DNA of 64,000 nt from Nitrospira sp. (GTDB lineage Bacteria > Nitrospirota > Nitrospiria > Nitrospirales > Nitrospiraceae), in contig JAFEBM010000013.1 of NCBI GenBank assembly GCA_018242685.1, forward strand, positions 30,007 to 94,006, in the 5' to 3' direction. The position numbers and the translations under genes were made by a program. Shown in pieces: positions 62,655 to 64,000 of the stretch. The notes beneath the pieces are model-generated. The model made no database searches. It was not told where the DNA came from and saw nothing but the letters and a program-made list of their open reading frames with translations. Every line of letters starts with the position of its first letter. Position 1 is the stretch's first letter.

Positions 62655-64000
62655 ATGGCAGGCAAGACCTTGTTCGACAAAATTTGGGAGTCGCATGTTG
62701 TCCGGTCAGAACCGGACGGAACGACATTGCTGTATATCGATCGACAGTTGGTTCATGAAGTGACATCCCCTCAGGCCTTCGAAGGGTTAAAGCTTGCGGG
62801 ACGCCGCCCCCGACGGTCTGCCGCCACACTCGCCGTGCCGGATCATAATGTTCCTACCACAGACCGGCGGCTGGCGATCGCCGATCAAGTGAGCGCCCTT
62901 CAGATTCAGACACTCGAAGACAACTGCAAGGATTTCGGCATCGCCCTTTTCAACATGAGCGATATACGCCAGGGGATCGTTCATGTGATCGGCCCGGAAC
63001 AGGGATTCACCCTCCCTGGTACAACAATCGTCTGTGGCGACTCCCACACGTCCACCCATGGGGCGTTTGGCGCCTTGGCGTTCGGCATCGGGACGAGTGA
63101 AGTGGAACACGTGCTAGCCACTCAATGCTTGGTGCAGAAGCGTCCCAAGACCATGGAAATACGCGTCGATGGAACGCTCTCCGAACGCTGCTCGGCCAAG
63201 GATATTATTCTCGCGATTATCGGGAGGATCGGTACTGCCGGGGGAACCGGCTATGTCATCGAATATACCGGGTCGGCAATCATCTCCCTCAGCATGGAGG
63301 GTCGTATGACCCTGTGCAACATGTCGATTGAGGGCGGGGCTCGTGCAGGCATGGTCGCTCCTGACGACAAGACCATTGCCTATATCAAGAACCGGCCGAT
63401 GGCGCCAAAGGGAGAGCTGTTCGCACAGGCGACTCAAGCATGGCGGCAGCTCAAGACTGATTCCGACGCCAGGTATGATGCGGTCGTAACATTGCAGGCA
63501 GAACAGATCGCGCCGCAAGTCAGCTGGGGCACCAGTCCCGGTATGGTCACCGGCGTAGATCAAAAAGTCCCGGACCCCCGCACGATGTCGGACGAGAAAA
63601 CGAGGAGCGCCACCGAACGGGCATTAGCCTACATGGGTCTTTCACCCAATATGCCGATTACCGACATTACGATCGATAAGGTATTCATCGGCTCCTGCAC
63701 GAACTCGCGGATTGAAGATCTTCGGCTCGCCGCCGGTTTCGCGAAGGGCAAGAAGGTCGCGAAGACCGTGCACGCGATGGTGGTTCCGGGATCGGGGCTC
63801 ATCAAACAACAGGCGGAAACCGAAGGGCTGGACCGGGTGTTCCAAGAGGCAGGGTTCGAGTGGCGGGAGGCCGGGTGCAGTATGTGCCTCGCGATGAATG
63901 CCGATGTCCTGAAGCCCGGTGAACGTTGCGCCTCCACGAGTAATCGGAATTTTGAGGGGCGCCAGGGAGCCGGCGGTCGCACCCATCTGGTGTCGCCTGC
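62655..64000 (+). CDS. leuC: 3-isopropylmalate dehydratase large subunit (5' part, continues beyond the right edge)
   Basis: Not in the ORF track because no stop lies in the window. My translation from ATG 62655 gives [45 protein letters not shown]...DHNVPTTDR. Later motifs are [11 protein letters not shown] and [11 protein letters not shown]. Confidence 0.95.
   Translation, partial: MAGKTLFDKIWESHVVRSEPDGTTLLYIDRQLVHEVTSPQAFEGLKLAGRRPRRSAATLAVPDHNVPTTDRRLAIADQVSALQIQTLEDNCKDFGIALFNMSDIRQGIVHVIGPEQGFTLPGTTIVCGDSHTSTHGAFGALAFGIGTSEVEHVLATQCLVQKRPKTMEIRVDGTLSERCSAKDIILAIIGRIGTAGGTGYVIEYTGSAIISLSMEGRMTLCNMSIEGGARAGMVAPDDKTIAYIKNRPMAPKGELFAQATQAWRQLKTDSDARYDAVVTLQAEQIAPQVSWGTSPGMVTGVDQKVPDPRTMSDEKTRSATERALAYMGLSPNMPITDITIDKVFIGSCTNSRIEDLRLAAGFAKGKKVAKTVHAMVVPGSGLIKQQAETEGLDRVFQEAGFEWREAGCSMCLAMNADVLKPGERCASTSNRNFEGRQGAGGRTHLVSP

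Overview
Dense, moderately GC-rich bacterial chromosomal window. The taxon cannot be fixed without a database search; protein signatures look Nitrospirota- or Deltaproteobacteria-like. Most of it is housekeeping. Minus strand, 0.6-4 kb: tandem-REC regulator, ftsY, ybeY, phoH. Minus strand, 20-26.8 kb: rlmB, cysS, dedA, surE, tRNA-Pro(GGG), merR-like, ihfA, cimA. Minus strand, 33.9-39.9 kb: lysC, ApgM-like putative homoserine kinase, thrC, hom, aminotransferase. Plus strand, 40.2-46.1 kb: pdxJ, nnr, tsaE, lapA-like, mutS. Minus strand, 47.7-57.7 kb: M16 peptidase, pnp, rpsO, truB, rbfA, DUF503, infB, nusA, rimP. The right edge holds a partial leuC. There are four accessory or less ordinary patches. 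(1) 4.1-19.8 kb is a type IV pilus / pseudopilus region with prepilin peptidase, one PilB-type ATPase, a PilZ gene and two paralogous H-I-J-K minor-pilin modules. Only one module is followed by a vWA-PilY1 adhesin plus an uncharacterised repeat protein. (2) 27.0-33.7 kb is a type I R-M system (hsdM-hsdS-hsdR) sitting between lysC and cimA, with a decayed RAYT-like transposase remnant between hsdM and hsdS. (3) 46.2-47.4 kb encodes two secreted proteins of unknown function. (4) 57.7-62.6 kb is a mixed small-gene region: class IV aminotransferase, chagasin-like ORF, Rieske protein, DUF192, ferredoxin, a cupredoxin with an unusual C-x2-H-x2-H loop, a CBS protein and a MEKHLA protein. I found no CRISPR array, rRNA, intact transposase, integrase or prophage. 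I cannot point to a clearly novel multi-gene system; the best candidates are the pilus accessory genes, the atypical cupredoxin and the secreted pair. All family calls are motif recognition by eye, with no searches run.
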